DNA of 64,000 bases from an uncultured virus (IMG/VR IMGVR_UViG_3300047552_001239) (IMGVR_UViG_3300047552_001239), one strand, 5' to 3'. Shown: positions 39,930-51,079, numbered from the stretch's first letter. The notes: a model not told the origin generated them from the sequence alone. Numbers and translations are program-made.

Positions 39930-41492
39930 TCATAATAATATCCAATTAGAATTTGGTTCGCGACGTTCGACTATTGGATATATATAATGAGCATCGGTTG
40001 AAGCATTAGCTGGTGCAGTATTAATAGACCAATCACCCGATCTTCTACCTGAATTATAAATAGTTGTTATTAATCCTCTATTTTGATCCTGACCTCCAAA
40101 TTCATTTATATTAGTAACGACATGATCTAAATTAATAGAAACCACATATTCATTACCCGTATATAAATTAATATGTCTATCAAAATTTATAGAAACCCAC
40201 CCGGTTTGTGATATATTAGAATACCTAACTTCGACCAACAATTTATCATTCCATAATTTAATTCCTATGCTTGAATAAGAATTATTAGTTGGTTTATAAA
40301 ATTTAACGCCAGTTAATACTATATTATAATTAGGAGTAAAACCAATACCAACTTCTTTTGGAGTACCATCATAATTAATAGCAGGGGTATCACTTTCACT
40401 TGGAAATGCTGAACCAGGCGTTATAATTAATGGTGGACTATTAATATTAGCGGCCACAGCCATATATAATTGGCCAAGATATGGAACTATATCATTTATA
40501 GCATATTCGATTGAATTATCCCAAGTTCCTTTAAAATTACTACTACTTGAAGTATTTCCAGAATCTGTCGGATTAATCCAAATTGAATATTCTGGTGCAT
40601 TTAAAGGTTCTTCAATTTGAAGATAAATTTGTTTTAATGAAATTAGCCATTCTGCTTCTGTACCTTGAAATCCATTTTGAACTGCTATTTGATATGTAGA
40701 TAAACCATCATCGCCATCAGCACCGGCAGGTCCTACTGGTCCTTGTGGACCTTCGGGTCCTTGTGAACCATCAGCACCAGCGGGTCCTTGTAAACCATCA
40801 GCACCAGCGGGTCCTTGTAAACCATCAGCACCGGCAGGTCCTACTGGTCCTGCACTACCACTAACTCCAATATCTCCTTTAGGTCCAATATCTCCTTTAT
40901 CTCCTTTAAGACCAGATGGACCTTGTATTCCTTGTATTCCTTGTGGACCTTGTGGGCCAATTGATCCATCATTACCTCGAGCACCTTGTGGACCTTGTAT
41001 TCCTTGTGGACCTTGTGGACCAGTAACACTAATACCTATTGGACCAGTAGCACCAGCCGGGCCAGTAGCACCAGGTGGACCGGGTTCACCTTGTGGACCT
41101 TGTGGACCAGTAACACTAATACCTATTGGACCAGTAGCACCTGGTGGACCGGGTTGACCAGGTGGGCCAGGATCACCTTTAGGACCTATAATTACTTTTT
41201 GAAAATCTAGTGTAGATTTTAAATCATTAACTAATAAAATAGAAGATTGACGTTCAATTTCTACACTTATATTTGGAAATACTAAAAAATCCCCTCCTAA
41301 TTTAGAGCCATTATATCCATCTGTTCGTAGCTGTAAAATTTTAATATCAATATCAATTAAAATTATTTTACCATTAGCTACACAAATATCATCATAAGTT
41401 GGGATTTTATATTCACCAGTTCCATCTGTTTTAGTATTCCATAAATATTCTGAATTCCAATTATTACTAGATTGGGCAAATAAAACTGCCAT
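39930..41492 (-). CDS. Collagen-like fibre with C-terminal DUF4082-like domain
   Basis: Gly-X-Y tract, [21 protein letters not shown], and EVGIGF...TGVKFYK...EYVVS. Confidence 0.75.
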   Translation of the reverse strand: MAVLFAQSSNNWNSEYLWNTKTDGTGEYKIPTYDDICVANGKIILIDIDIKILQLRTDGYNGSKLGGDFLVFPNISVEIERQSSILLVNDLKSTLDFQKVIIGPKGDPGPPGQPGPPGATGPIGISVTGPQGPQGEPGPPGATGPAGATGPIGISVTGPQGPQGIQGPQGARGNDGSIGPQGPQGIQGIQGPSGLKGDKGDIGPKGDIGVSGSAGPVGPAGADGLQGPAGADGLQGPAGADGSQGPEGPQGPVGPAGADGDDGLSTYQIAVQNGFQGTEAEWLISLKQIYLQIEEPLNAPEYSIWINPTDSGNTSSSSNFKGTWDNSIEYAINDIVPYLGQLYMAVAANINSPPLIITPGSAFPSESDTPAINYDGTPKEVGIGFTPNYNIVLTGVKFYKPTNNSYSSIGIKLWNDKLLVEVRYSNISQTGWVSINFDRHINLYTGNEYVVSINLDHVVTNINEFGGQDQNRGLITTIYNSGRRSGDWSINTAPANASTDAHYIYPIVERREPNSNWILL

Positions 41493-41520
41493 ATATATTT
41501 AAACCATTAAATCTTTTGTT

Positions 41521-44500
41521 TTATAACCATTTATTATCATTTTTATATTTAAAAATATAAAAAGGCGATAAATTCCAATTATTCGATCGTCTAACTTTAA
41601 TATTTGAAATTGGAATCCATTGGGAATTTATATTTATTTTTGGTTTACTTGAATCTATTTTAGTAACTAATTGATTACCATTCATATCTAATTGTTCAAT
41701 TAAACAGTTAGAAAAAGTGAAAGTTAATTCTATTGGATCTACATAATGATCATATACATCTACATCTATGAAATAACTTTCATATTCAATATCTATCCAA
41801 GCACCATATAAAATTATTTCATCACTAATATAAATTGATAAATTAGATTCTAAATTACTGTCTGGACTAGTAAATTCCCAATTACAAAGATTCCACCCAT
41901 TATCAGTTAAAATAATATCTTCTGATTTTATATCTTCATTTAATTGAAAATATATTAAAGTTTGTTTATTTTTTGGAATAAATGTCCATATTTTAAAATA
42001 ATATTTAGTATTCGGTTTTAATTCTAATTTAGTTTGTAATATACTAATATCATTTAGTGGAGGTTTAATTAAAGTAGCTAAATTTGTTTTGTTATATGGA
42101 TCTAAAAACTTATTCTTTTCAATTATTGCGTTAATTTCCCAATTTTCAAAACTATTACCAAATTTAATAATTGGATTAAAATCAACTATGATTTTCCATT
42201 TCCTTTTAAATTCCAAATAATCTACTTTTCCAAATGTATCTAATATCCAACTATTTTGTAAGCTTAAATAATTAGAATCAATACTGAATGTATTTAATGT
42301 CCATTTATATTGCGAATTTAAATCATTCGATTTATTTCCAAATACATCTATCTTATAATATTGTCCCGTAATAAAATCTTTAGTTTTATCAAATGTATTT
42401 AATAAATAAGCAAAATTAATTTTAAAATTATTAAATCTTTCAAATATATTTATACTATACTTTTGGTTTAAAATTAAATCTTTAAAAGGATATATTAATA
42501 AATTATAGTTATGTGTAATTATAAAATCTTTAAACCTTTCAAATATATTTATACTATACTTTTGATTTAAAATCCTATCTTTAAACCTTTCAAATATATT
42601 TATATTATACCTTTGATTTAAAATCCAATTATTAAATCTTTCGAATATATTTATATTATATTTTTGGTTTAAATTTATATCCATTACTTCATGGAGGGCA
42701 TTCAAATACCATTTCTGTTTATAACCAGTATCACGATATATATTAGTTGAATAACCATGAGCTAATGATCTTGTTGGCGGTATAAAATTATTATTATAAC
42801 GGCAAACTCCTTTTGTAAATCTAAAATCATCAATATTACCTTCCCAACACATTGATGACATAGAAGTTCCATCTGCTCCAATATAAGTAAAGTCTGCTCC
42901 GGTTACATTAGTAGAATTAGCAATCCATGTAGTTCCAGATCCATCTATATACAATCTACAATATCCATTACTACGTACAAATGCAAAATGCCTCCACACT
43001 CCAGTAGTAGCAGTAATTGAAGATGAATTAATTGCATTACCACCTAAAATAGATACAAATGGTTGATTAACTCCTGTAGTCATTAATCTCGGACCATTTG
43101 TTCCACAAAATGCAAATGCTCGGCGATGCGTAGTTATTGCAGATAACCGTCCCCAAAATTCAATTGTAAAATTATCGGTACCTACTGCAAATTCAGACGA
43201 TACTGGAAGAGAAAGATAATCTCCATTTGCATCAAATTGGGCTGAAGAAGTACCATATTTATAAATAGATTCGCTAGTTATAGAATTACCTTGTGGGGCA
43301 ATCGTATGACCCTTAACATCTGTAAATATATTTCCATTATTCTGACCATCCATATGCATCAATAAAATAGTATCTGACCAATATGGATCAAATGATTCGT
43401 CTTTATTATCTGGATGTGGTGCTCCTTGAATATTAAAGGAATGTGGAGTTTGATGTCTGGCAAAATTTTTAGTTACTCTAAAATCATCAATATATCCATA
43501 AAACGCAGTCGTTCCAGTACCAACTTCACAAGAACCATCTGTATAATTCGAAACATTCGCCATAGAACATTCAAGAAATCCATCAACATAAAGATACATG
43601 ACGCCGCTTACACGTACGACACATGTATGGTACCATCTCGCTACTGCCCATGTAGTTTTTGAATCTACACTCTGTCCATTTCCAGGACTGATATTAAATT
43701 TACCGGATGTATTATTATATGCTAAATAACAACCATTAGAACTATTAATACGATATGCCCATCTATGCGAACCGGTAGCAGCTAAATATACCCAACATTC
43801 AATAGTAAAATCTGCTGTTCCGAATTTAAATCCATCATTAGTAGTGGACGTGACTGTAAGATAATCACCCGATCCATCAAAATAAGCAGATGCTGTACCA
43901 AATTTTGTATTTCCTAATTTAGTTTTTACATCACCACTAACAGAAACACTATTACCAACTACTTCATCTACAAATAATGTTCCATTGTCAATACCATCCA
44001 TATGTAAAAGACAAGTTACATATGACCAATATGGATCATCAGTTGTAGGGTATGGCTCATTTGGAACTATTCCCGTTGGAACATATCTAGCATGACCTTT
44101 AGTTATACGAAAATCATCCAAATAACCAGAAGGTGCAGTATTTACTCCTCCGAACCAATATAATGAAGCAGCTATGTTATTAATAGTAGCAGTTATTAAT
44201 TTAACTGTTCCAATCTGTAATCCATTTTGATATACATATAATCCATTTACTGCTCTAACTACTGCAAAATGATTCCATTGGGATATTTCAATATTAATTG
44301 GAAAATCATTATATGAAAGAGTTGATCCTGAACCATAATAAAATCTTAAATAATATAAACCTGATGTATTATATACATTAATTGCATAAGCACAAGAAGT
44401 TGATGTAAATGACCAACTATTAAATATCCAATGGGATACCCCATTTGCTGGAAGAGCTGTAAAATTAAACCAAAATTCAATAGTAAAATTTAGAGATCCA

Positions 44501-46089
44501 AGAGAAAAATCTGGACTAGGAGATATATGAAAACCGGTACTAGTTGAATAAATTGATGAAACTCCGAATTTTTTATCATCAGTTTTTGTAACGGCAGTAT
44601 CTCGAATTATGGCATGACCTTTCTTATCTATAATAGTTGTTCCATTATTTTTACCATCACAATGTAAAAGTAGAACAACTTGATCATAATACAAATCGAT
44701 TGAATTATTTGATATATTAGAAAAGGGTGCAATTGCTGGGGTAAATGGTTCTGTGTAACGAGCAACCCCATCAGTTATTCGAATTTCATCAAGATAACCA
44801 TAAAAATCTGCAGTTTGAGTAGTGTTATTACCAATATAACATATTGTTGTTGTTAAATTTGGATTTAAATCTGTATATAAAGATTCTTGAACACCATCTA
44901 TAAATAATTTCCAAGTTGTTCCACTACGACATAATGCTATATGATGCCAGATATTATTAGATATTGTATTATTAGATACAGCAACTGTTCGATAAGCAGT
45001 ATCATAATATTGAACTAATATTCTTGTTGGATTATCTAATCCAGTAGTAGTTATATATAACGCACCATTAGTACCATCTGCTGCGGTTGCAATTATTCTA
45101 GAATATGAACCTCCATGTCCACCATTTATAGCATACATCCAAAATTCAATAGTGAAATCAGAAGTACCTAAATTTAAAGCTCCAACACCAGTATATAATA
45201 TTGCATTGACACCATCAAAATAGGCTGATGATCCACCAAATTTATATATATCTGTTTTAGTTATAGTACTAGCTCTTACTAATGTATTATTTTTTACTGA
45301 AGAATCAATAAAATAAGTACCATTATTTATTCCATCTGCATGTATTAAAAGACTAACCAAATCATAATATGGATCTGGTAAAATATTTGCTATATTAGGA
45401 AAAGCTTCAGTTGGAATCGTAAATGATTCTGTGTAACGAGCAGTACCTTTTGTAATACGAAGTTCATCAATATAACCAGGAAAATAACCTTCCCAATAAA
45501 TTACTCCTGGAATCCCACCAATATATTGGGCATAACTTGTTCCAACGCCAAGACTTTTATTAGCAGTAAGTGTTGATGTTCCAATTAATAATCCATCAAG
45601 GAACATATAAATAGTGGTATCTTTTCGACAAATTGCAATATGATGCCATGCATTTTTACTAATTGCAGCAGAGCATCTACCTCCAGTTTGTCCACCACTC
45701 TTATCATCCCACATAAGACCAGTACCAGTTGTTGTCGAATTACCAATAATACTAAATGTAAATCCACCACCACTAGAATAAAATTGTGAAAATATAACAC
45801 AACTACGTTCTGAATTTGGATTAATAGCTGCATTACCAGTTAGATATATCCATGCTTCAATAGTAAATGGAGCAGTACTAAAGAAAAAATCATTACTGGC
45901 TGGTGAAACTATATGATCATTAATACCATTAAAATAAATAGATGATGTACCAAATTTCTTTATTCCGGTTTTAGTAAGGGCACCATAATTAGTAAATAAA
46001 TGACCTTTTTGATCAATAATTGATGTTCCATTATCTATCCCATCGCCATGTAATAATAAAACAACTTGCTCATAATACAGATCTGCCAT
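41521..46089 (-). CDS. Multi-LamG (five repeats) fibre/adhesin protein
   Basis: Five D.Y...V.LL.H.DG...FT.E.W...W.H.A..R...G.IDE/D.R.TKG.ARY modules, then a 17-aa repeat linker and a CBM-like C-terminus. Confidence 0.8.
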   Translation of the reverse strand: MADLYYEQVVLLLHGDGIDNGTSIIDQKGHLFTNYGALTKTGIKKFGTSSIYFNGINDHIVSPASNDFFFSTAPFTIEAWIYLTGNAAINPNSERSCVIFSQFYSSGGGFTFSIIGNSTTTGTGLMWDDKSGGQTGGRCSAAISKNAWHHIAICRKDTTIYMFLDGLLIGTSTLTANKSLGVGTSYAQYIGGIPGVIYWEGYFPGYIDELRITKGTARYTESFTIPTEAFPNIANILPDPYYDLVSLLIHADGINNGTYFIDSSVKNNTLVRASTITKTDIYKFGGSSAYFDGVNAILYTGVGALNLGTSDFTIEFWMYAINGGHGGSYSRIIATAADGTNGALYITTTGLDNPTRILVQYYDTAYRTVAVSNNTISNNIWHHIALCRSGTTWKLFIDGVQESLYTDLNPNLTTTICYIGNNTTQTADFYGYLDEIRITDGVARYTEPFTPAIAPFSNISNNSIDLYYDQVVLLLHCDGKNNGTTIIDKKGHAIIRDTAVTKTDDKKFGVSSIYSTSTGFHISPSPDFSLGSLNFTIEFWFNFTALPANGVSHWIFNSWSFTSTSCAYAINVYNTSGLYYLRFYYGSGSTLSYNDFPINIEISQWNHFAVVRAVNGLYVYQNGLQIGTVKLITATINNIAASLYWFGGVNTAPSGYLDDFRITKGHARYVPTGIVPNEPYPTTDDPYWSYVTCLLHMDGIDNGTLFVDEVVGNSVSVSGDVKTKLGNTKFGTASAYFDGSGDYLTVTSTTNDGFKFGTADFTIECWVYLAATGSHRWAYRINSSNGCYLAYNNTSGKFNISPGNGQSVDSKTTWAVARWYHTCVVRVSGVMYLYVDGFLECSMANVSNYTDGSCEVGTGTTAFYGYIDDFRVTKNFARHQTPHSFNIQGAPHPDNKDESFDPYWSDTILLMHMDGQNNGNIFTDVKGHTIAPQGNSITSESIYKYGTSSAQFDANGDYLSLPVSSEFAVGTDNFTIEFWGRLSAITTHRRAFAFCGTNGPRLMTTGVNQPFVSILGGNAINSSSITATTGVWRHFAFVRSNGYCRLYIDGSGTTWIANSTNVTGADFTYIGADGTSMSSMCWEGNIDDFRFTKGVCRYNNNFIPPTRSLAHGYSTNIYRDTGYKQKWYLNALHEVMDINLNQKYNINIFERFNNWILNQRYNINIFERFKDRILNQKYSINIFERFKDFIITHNYNLLIYPFKDLILNQKYSINIFERFNNFKINFAYLLNTFDKTKDFITGQYYKIDVFGNKSNDLNSQYKWTLNTFSIDSNYLSLQNSWILDTFGKVDYLEFKRKWKIIVDFNPIIKFGNSFENWEINAIIEKNKFLDPYNKTNLATLIKPPLNDISILQTKLELKPNTKYYFKIWTFIPKNKQTLIYFQLNEDIKSEDIILTDNGWNLCNWEFTSPDSNLESNLSIYISDEIILYGAWIDIEYESYFIDVDVYDHYVDPIELTFTFSNCLIEQLDMNGNQLVTKIDSSKPKININSQWIPISNIKVRRSNNWNLSPFYIFKYKNDNKWL

Positions 46090-46091
46090 TT

Positions 46092-46877
46092 TTAATAGCC
46101 TGCTCTAATCGTGATCGTAGATTCGTCGTTAGTACTTCCAACTAATGTTCCAGATGGAACTACTCGTTTTTCCCAAATAGCATATGCTTGTCCACTAGTT
46201 AATTGATTTATAACTAGTGCTGCACCAATTGTAGAAGGAGCACTAAAAACTACATTTGTTGGGGCAGTTGTTTCATTAACAATAGAATTAGCTACACCAG
46301 TAAGTACTCCATCCCCAACTCCATTAGGATCTAAACCTATTAGTATATTATCAGCTCCAGTTGTTTGTTGACTTATATAAATAGATACGAGTACAAAAGG
46401 ATCTGTTGGGTGAGAATTATAAATATAAAAACATCTATAATCTGTATTACCACTAAAACTTTCAACTTTTGTTATATCATCAAATAAGCTATTAACTTTT
46501 TGGGAAACAACTATGGTTTCGGTTGCATTGTCTAACGGCAAATTATTATATACTACAGATACTAATAATACTCCAATACTTCCAGTAATAGCATACTTTC
46601 CATCTTCACCAATAGATACTATTTCTCCAGAACTACCTCCAAAAGGAGTCCAGGTTAATGTTTTATTGGTTGAATCGTATGTTACTATTCCATTCCCATC
46701 TGGAGAACCAGGAGCATCAATTAATGTAATTCCACTGATGCTATTAGATTGCCATGATAATGTTTTTGAATAAAGTGGGGTATTTGATTTAACTCCACCT
46801 AAACTAGAATTCGGAACTGTATTATCGGCCCCACCACTAAGATATAATTCTAAATACGCAAGATTATTATCTACCAT
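46092..46877 (-). CDS. Putative structural protein
   Basis: LYLSGG..N..P..SLGG and NSLFDD....E...G.TDYRCFYI.N motifs. Lies within the fibre operon. Confidence 0.6.
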   Translation of the reverse strand: MVDNNLAYLELYLSGGADNTVPNSSLGGVKSNTPLYSKTLSWQSNSISGITLIDAPGSPDGNGIVTYDSTNKTLTWTPFGGSSGEIVSIGEDGKYAITGSIGVLLVSVVYNNLPLDNATETIVVSQKVNSLFDDITKVESFSGNTDYRCFYIYNSHPTDPFVLVSIYISQQTTGADNILIGLDPNGVGDGVLTGVANSIVNETTAPTNVVFSAPSTIGAALVINQLTSGQAYAIWEKRVVPSGTLVGSTNDESTITIRAGY

Positions 46878-46895
46878 GTTATTAAACCAATTTTA

Positions 46896-47624
46896 TTAAA
46901 CATTATAACGTTTTCTATGAACATTAAATTGCTGTTGAACTTGGGAAATTGTATGCTCGATATTGTATATTTGACACATTGACATTGATCCATTAAAAAA
47001 ATTGGATCCACTCCAATATCTTCCAAATGTTGTCATATTCCCAATATTCCAATTAACCGCAGGTACATAACTATAATTTAAAACTCCATTTACATAAATA
47101 TTTAAAGTCCCTCTTATTGCATTTGAAATTGTATAAGCTATATGTACCCATTCTCCAGTATTTACACTTGTTCCATTACTAGTTGCAGTATACCAACCGG
47201 ACGTATACCACATTAATTTAAGTTTACCACCGACTATTCCAAATGCCATAGTAGCAGGACCACCACTCCAATCACCAAAGAAATAGTTATCAGTAACTGA
47301 ATTAAACTTTAACCAAAAATATGATGACCAATTATAAGTAGGAATTGCAATTGGATTGTATACATTAGCTCCTTTATTTAGTCTAATTTCATCATTCGAT
47401 CCATCAAATGAAAAATATCCAAAATTATTAGTACTAAATGTAGGACCGGTAATTGTACCTGTAACTGTACTGACTAGATCGTCGAGTGTAGAACCAGATC
47501 CAGGATAACTTAAATATCTAGCAGCATCAAATGCGAATATTAAATTATTAGATAATAATCCACTACGAGAATTAGAATCATTTAAATTGATCCAATTATC
47601 TGATACTCCTATACACTGTCCCAT
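46896..47624 (-). CDS. LamG/concanavalin A-like protein
   Basis: FDAA...SYPGSG, FSFDGSND, W.HIAYT, IYVNG. Related to 19405..20106. Confidence 0.75.
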   Translation of the reverse strand: MGQCIGVSDNWINLNDSNSRSGLLSNNLIFAFDAARYLSYPGSGSTLDDLVSTVTGTITGPTFSTNNFGYFSFDGSNDEIRLNKGANVYNPIAIPTYNWSSYFWLKFNSVTDNYFFGDWSGGPATMAFGIVGGKLKLMWYTSGWYTATSNGTSVNTGEWVHIAYTISNAIRGTLNIYVNGVLNYSYVPAVNWNIGNMTTFGRYWSGSNFFNGSMSMCQIYNIEHTISQVQQQFNVHRKRYNV

Positions 47625-47639
47625 ATCATTAAACCAATT

Positions 47640-48077
47640 TTATAATAATTTAAGAACACCTTTTGTTAAATTCCAATTAATTTTTATATCCCCACCATTC
47701 GTACCTATAGCATATCCTCTATTTATTACAGCTAATAGTGGTGACTCAACATCATTAGGTGGACCATCTATATTAGTAACATCTAAATCTTTAAATAATA
47801 TAAGACAAGAAATTGTTTGATTTGGAAGTATTGAATTAAATGTTAAAGAATCAGCAAAAAGTATTGAGTTAGAATAATCTCTATTAGTTAAACTTTTAAT
47901 TGGTTGATTACCCAATAATATCCATGGTGAAATATCACCATAAAATTCATCTTGGTTAATACTTAAATTATAGAAATTATTTATCAATGCAACTTTAATA
48001 TTATCTTCTAACCAATTAATTTCAGCTTTAACTATTCTTAATTTGGCTTTAGTATATATCATTTTATTAAAATCCAA
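47640..48077 (-). CDS. Putative structural protein, paralogue of 39440..39904
   Basis: Visibly high similarity over the full length. Confidence 0.7.
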   Translation of the reverse strand: MDFNKMIYTKAKLRIVKAEINWLEDNIKVALINNFYNLSINQDEFYGDISPWILLGNQPIKSLTNRDYSNSILFADSLTFNSILPNQTISCLILFKDLDVTNIDGPPNDVESPLLAVINRGYAIGTNGGDIKINWNLTKGVLKLL

Positions 48078-49279
48078 TTATCATTATATACTTGTCGCTC
48101 AATAATAGGATAAATAAAATTTTCATCTTCTCCAAATATTGAAATAATTCCTCTATTAAGTTCCGTTAAAGGAATTAAATTTGTAACTATATTATTTAAT
48201 TTAGTACTAATTTTATATTCTATATTTTCAGATAGGGTTATCTCATTATCAAAATAAATTGATATAAACCCTGCTGTAATAATTGGAATATATTTAAACT
48301 TTACACCTAATAATAAATCTTCATAATAATGATGTAACTTAACAGATATATTGGTTACTGTATTATTTAATGGTTTATAAAATTTAATACCTTTTAAAAC
48401 TAAATCATAATTTGGAATAAAAATTAAACTTATTTCTTTTAAAATACCATCATTATTTATATCTGGTATAGTATTTTCACTAGGTAATACATTATAATTT
48501 TGTATTGTTAACGGAGAAATATTAATAGAAGAAATAGAGGATTCAAAAAGTTTACCATGAAATCTAACTATATCATATTTATTATAATTAACAGAATAAT
48601 CCCATTCTCCTTTATAGAAACTTTTAGATTTTAATGATTCTAACCATTCTTGTTCTGTACCAGAAAATCCATTTTGTATAGCTACGTCATAAGCAGATAA
48701 TCCAGTTATAGGATTAGATATATCATCAGGATCAATCCAAATAGAATGATCTGGAGGATTTAATGGTTCATTAGTTTGAACATATACTGGAACATTTAAA
48801 ACTCTTAATGATTCTAACCATTCTTGTTCTGTACCAGAAAATCCATTTTGTATAGCTATCTGATAAGCAGATAATCCACTAGGACCTAAACCACCCGCAG
48901 TACCATTACTACCGGCTGGACCAACAGGACCAATTGGACCAGGATCTCCTTTTGGACCTTCTAATAATTTTTCAAATTCTGTTAATTCATCTGTTGGATT
49001 TACTTTTATTTTTGTTATTACAGATAATACTGCATGACAATCAGCATCTATAATAATATTATCATTTAATAATAAAAAATCTCCACCAGAATGGGCTCCA
49101 TAATAATCATCCGAACGTAATTGCTGAACTTTTATGCTAATATTAACTGTTATAGTTTTACCGTTAGCTACGCAAATATCATTAATACCTGGAACTTTAT
49201 ATTCACCTGTTCCATTTATTTTAGTATTCCAAATATTTTCTGTCCAATTGTTATTAGATTGAGCAAATAAAATTGCCAT
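48059..49279 (-). CDS. Short-collagen fibre, paralogue of 39930..41492
   Basis: MA.LFAQS.NNW N-terminus, duplicated GLSAY..AIQNGFSGTEQEWLESL, and a DUF4082-like end. Confidence 0.75.
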   Translation of the reverse strand: MAILFAQSNNNWTENIWNTKINGTGEYKVPGINDICVANGKTITVNISIKVQQLRSDDYYGAHSGGDFLLLNDNIIIDADCHAVLSVITKIKVNPTDELTEFEKLLEGPKGDPGPIGPVGPAGSNGTAGGLGPSGLSAYQIAIQNGFSGTEQEWLESLRVLNVPVYVQTNEPLNPPDHSIWIDPDDISNPITGLSAYDVAIQNGFSGTEQEWLESLKSKSFYKGEWDYSVNYNKYDIVRFHGKLFESSISSINISPLTIQNYNVLPSENTIPDINNDGILKEISLIFIPNYDLVLKGIKFYKPLNNTVTNISVKLHHYYEDLLLGVKFKYIPIITAGFISIYFDNEITLSENIEYKISTKLNNIVTNLIPLTELNRGIISIFGEDENFIYPIIERQVYNDNWILIK

Positions 49280-49282
49280 TTG

Positions 49283-49699
49283 TTAAATACCTTTGGCAAA
49301 AATATATTCTATTTTTATATCTCGTAATGATGTAGATGGAATTAAATTTCCATTTAAATCTAAATTATAAGTACCATTTGCAATATCAATATTAATTGGA
49401 TCTAAATCATTCATATAACAAAATTGTTTTGTTTTTATTATTAAAATTGTAGATATTTTTATTAAAAATAAATCATCACTGATAATTTCTATATAATTAA
49501 CATCTTTAGCAAATGGAATAAAAGCATCTGTTTCTTTTGATATTATTAAAATACTATTATGATATTCTTTTGGATTAGTTAAAATAATATTACTTTCTAA
49601 TAATAAATCTTTTGTATTATTTTTCTCATATGTTGGATATGGAGGAAAAGCAGTATAATTAATATATTTTATTTTAGTTTCTTTAATTATCTGTTGCAT
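49283..49699 (-). CDS. Hypothetical protein
   Basis: Tightly packed ORF in the operon. Confidence 0.6.
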   Translation of the reverse strand: MQQIIKETKIKYINYTAFPPYPTYEKNNTKDLLLESNIILTNPKEYHNSILIISKETDAFIPFAKDVNYIEIISDDLFLIKISTILIIKTKQFCYMNDLDPINIDIANGTYNLDLNGNLIPSTSLRDIKIEYIFAKGI

Positions 49700-50110
49700 T
49701 TATGTTTTAATTAATTTTGGAATATTACTTATTATTTTTTGTCCAGTAGGTATTAATGCAGATGAATTAGCATTAATAACAGGATTATTAATTGGATTAT
49801 ATTTATCATATGCTCCTTTAATAAGAGCATTAGTTCCCATAGATACAGCACCCAATCCACCCAATCCTAATGCAATTTTACCTACATCCGCCCCTATAGA
49901 TTGATTATTTTTTCTCGTTAATAATTGTCTATTTCTTTGTAAATTAACGGCGGTTCTTAATTTAGTTAAATGATTATATGCACTATCTGATAAAGCAGAA
50001 GCAGTATGTCTAGTTTTAGCAAGTGGATTTAAAGAACGGACTAATCCTTTCCCAACATCTACTAAAGCAGAAACTTCTATTATTAAACTATCAATCTCGT
50101 TTAGTAACAT
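49700..50110 (-). CDS. Basic protein with shared leader and Gly-rich hydrophobic segment
   Basis: Starts MLLNEIDSLIIEVSAL. Contains IALGLGGLGAVSMG. Confidence 0.7.
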   Translation of the reverse strand: MLLNEIDSLIIEVSALVDVGKGLVRSLNPLAKTRHTASALSDSAYNHLTKLRTAVNLQRNRQLLTRKNNQSIGADVGKIALGLGGLGAVSMGTNALIKGAYDKYNPINNPVINANSSALIPTGQKIISNIPKLIKT

Positions 50111-50288
50111 TGTGTTTTATTATTCCCTGATTTGGAAATTCATCTTTTGGCTTATCATATTCTTGATAAGGAATATCTTTTGATATTTTTGTTTCTTTAA
50201 AATCCTGATGGGGTTCTACTGCTTCTTTCCAAACCGATAATACATCTTCAGTTTCTGTAATTAATTTAGTTATATCATCAATAATCAT
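50091..50288 (-). CDS. Small protein with a leader variant
   Basis: Starts MIIDDITKLITE. Confidence 0.6.
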   Translation of the reverse strand: MIIDDITKLITETEDVLSVWKEAVEPHQDFKETKISKDIPYQEYDKPKDEFPNQGIIKHNVTKRD

Positions 50289-50291
50289 ATA

Positions 50292-50492
50292 TTAATACCT
50301 TTCGAATCTATTATGAATATAAACTTGCGTTCCTGTTGCTTCTACTGAATACCCCTTAGAAAGTGCTTCTTTTGTAAAATTTTTAGTAGAAGTTATATGT
50401 TCAAATAAAACCATCAAATCGTTACAAATTGAACGCCTAATACCCTTGTAATCTTCACATATCTTTCTTAAAACTGGATCATCTATTAACAC
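50292..50492 (-). CDS. Hypothetical protein (GTG start)
   Basis: Fills the gap between the terminator and the next gene. Confidence 0.5.
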   Translation of the reverse strand: MLIDDPVLRKICEDYKGIRRSICNDLMVLFEHITSTKNFTKEALSKGYSVEATGTQVYIHNRFERY

Positions 50493-50512
50493 TGTATATA
50501 AATTAAAGTAAA

Positions 50513-50546
50513 AAAGGAACTAGTTATAATTTAAACTAGTTCCTTT
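50513..50546 (-). terminator. Intrinsic terminator
   Basis: AAAGGAACTAGTT/AACTAGTTCCTTT, 13-bp stem. Confidence 0.8.
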
Positions 50547-50564
50547 ATATTTTATTTTATTTTA

Positions 50565-51044
50565 TTATACCAGAGGATCAACTGGAGGTTCTTCAGTAGG
50601 AACTGGTTCAACTGGAGGTTCCTCTACTGGTGGTTCCTCAGTAGGAACTGGTTCAACTGGAGGTTCCTCAACTGGTGGTTCCTCAACTGGTGGTTCAACT
50701 GGTGGTTCATCAACTGGAACTGGAATCGGTTCAACCGGAGTAATAATATCAGGAACAATACCATCTAAAGATTGAGCAACGGTCTTCAATTCTTCAATAG
50801 CGGCTAATGCTTCAGCAGGAACATCTCCGGCAGAAACTAATGCCCCTTCTAAAACTTGAATCCGATCATATAACTCAACCTGCTTAGAAACAATCTCATC
50901 CTGAGCTTTTTTCAATTCAACAACCGCACCATTGATAATTGATGTTAATTCTGAAACTTTCATATCTACATACCTCTTTAATTTACGAAATTGTTCTTTT
51001 TCATAATTGAATATGACAATCTTACTTATATTTACCGAAGTCAA
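50565..51044 (-). CDS. Coiled-coil protein with Pro/Glu/Val-rich repetitive tail (start 51044 TTG or 50963 ATG)
   Basis: EEPPV and EPVPT repeats. Both candidate starts have SD-like sequences. Confidence 0.75.
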   Translation of the reverse strand: MTSVNISKIVIFNYEKEQFRKLKRYVDMKVSELTSIINGAVVELKKAQDEIVSKQVELYDRIQVLEGALVSAGDVPAEALAAIEELKTVAQSLDGIVPDIITPVEPIPVPVDEPPVEPPVEEPPVEEPPVEPVPTEEPPVEEPPVEPVPTEEPPVDPLV

Positions 51045-51079
51045 TAATTGTTTCCTCCTTTATTGATTTATTAATATTA

